From positions 124,001-188,000 of the IMG/VR virus record IMGVR_UViG_3300005613_000002: 64,000 nt of DNA; one strand, given 5' to 3'. Positions 63,267-64,000 of the stretch are shown piece after piece (positions within the stretch are counted from its first letter, which is position 1; each line of letters opens with the position of its first letter). Both the position numbers and the translations under genes were made by a program. The notes beneath the pieces were generated by a model, which had not been told where the DNA came from, did not search any database, and saw only the letters and a program-made list of their open reading frames with translations.

Positions 63267-63602
63267 ATGAAAATTTTAACAAAAGAAATCGAAAAAGCAT
63301 TTAAAAAACAGGGTGATACTTCACAATGTTCAATGTCCGAGATTAAGATAGTAATGAAACTTTTTGGTGGTGGTTCATTTACTTGGTATCTATATGAACA
63401 TCTTGAAGGTGATATTTACATGGCATTTGTTAATCTTGGTGATAGTGAAATGGCTGAATGTGGTACTGTATCATTGTCTGAGATACAAGCGATTAAATTC
63501 CCTCCATTTGGTTTAGGTGTTGAAAGAGATATGCACTTCAAACCATTGTCCAGAACATTAAAAGATGTTTATGATACTGTTAAATCTGGTGGTCATGTGT
63601 AA
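63267..63602 (+). CDS. DUF2958-like protein
   Basis: KLFGGGSFTWY..ECGTVSLSEI..GLGVERDMHF. Confidence 0.7.
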   Translation: MKILTKEIEKAFKKQGDTSQCSMSEIKIVMKLFGGGSFTWYLYEHLEGDIYMAFVNLGDSEMAECGTVSLSEIQAIKFPPFGLGVERDMHFKPLSRTLKDVYDTVKSGGHV

Positions 63603-64000
63603 TACAATATATCTTAAAATAGGTAAAAAATATAAAACTAGAAATGGTTTAATTACTGAACCATTAATTAAATCCAATAATGGAACTAGTTATATTTTTG
63701 AATCAAAACTTAATGAGCCAGAATTTAAAAGTCCTTCAGTTAGGGAGTGGTTAAAGAATGGAAAGTTTCTAATTGCTGGACATAATCACAGATTAGATTT
63801 AGTTGAGGAAATATAAAGTATTCAATATACAATAATATTATAAAAGGGTTGCACGAAAGTGTAACCTTTTTTAATTAAAAACGTATAATAAGTATGGTAA
63901 CAAAAGAAATAAATAGACCAACGACATTAAAGGAATACAATCAATCATTATTAACTGATGATAAATTGTTGAGTGGTAAAGAATTTCGTAGATTGAAACG

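Larger units (their letters stand above)
62642..63885 (+). promoter_or_regulatory. Four tandem ECF-type promoter cassettes (62642, 63072, 63211, 63860)
   Basis: TGTAAC-N16-CGTATAATAAGTAT repeated before small genes. Confidence 0.7.

Noticed and set aside
123-63816. Genome-wide TAG recoding (genetic code 15)
   Set aside because: Long genes are intact under code 11 and TAG ends several complete genes; only local in-frame TAGs were found.

Overview
This is a very AT-rich, gene-dense segment of a large (jumbo-type) phage genome, probably infecting Bacteroidetes (TAnnTTTG promoters, a CarboxypepD_reg-like protein, a Bacteroidetes-like rRNA fragment). It holds about 40 tRNA or tRNA-like genes, tmRNA, RNase P RNA, an Rnl1-type RNA ligase, class II RNR, DNA methyltransferases, homing endonucleases, bL12, YqeY and Pth2 homologues, an ECF sigma factor with a recurring TGTAAC-N16/17-CGTA motif, and a TnpB/Cas12f-like nuclease with a mini CRISPR array. 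The main observation is that each of the three tRNA clusters is preceded by an unannotated leader peptide, an antiterminator sequence and an intrinsic terminator. Each leader's codons match the tRNAs downstream (D/E/L/V/A/W/M; Y/K; C/I/S/N/F/G/T/R). This suggests ribosome-stalling attenuators that switch on phage tRNA operons when the matching host tRNAs are depleted or cleaved. Other highlights are an amber suppressor tRNA next to an amber-interrupted Pth2 gene and an amber-gated RPP-stop peptide, a free-standing mimic of the 23S rRNA uL11-binding domain, and several structurally aberrant tRNAs. All calls were made by eye without database searches.
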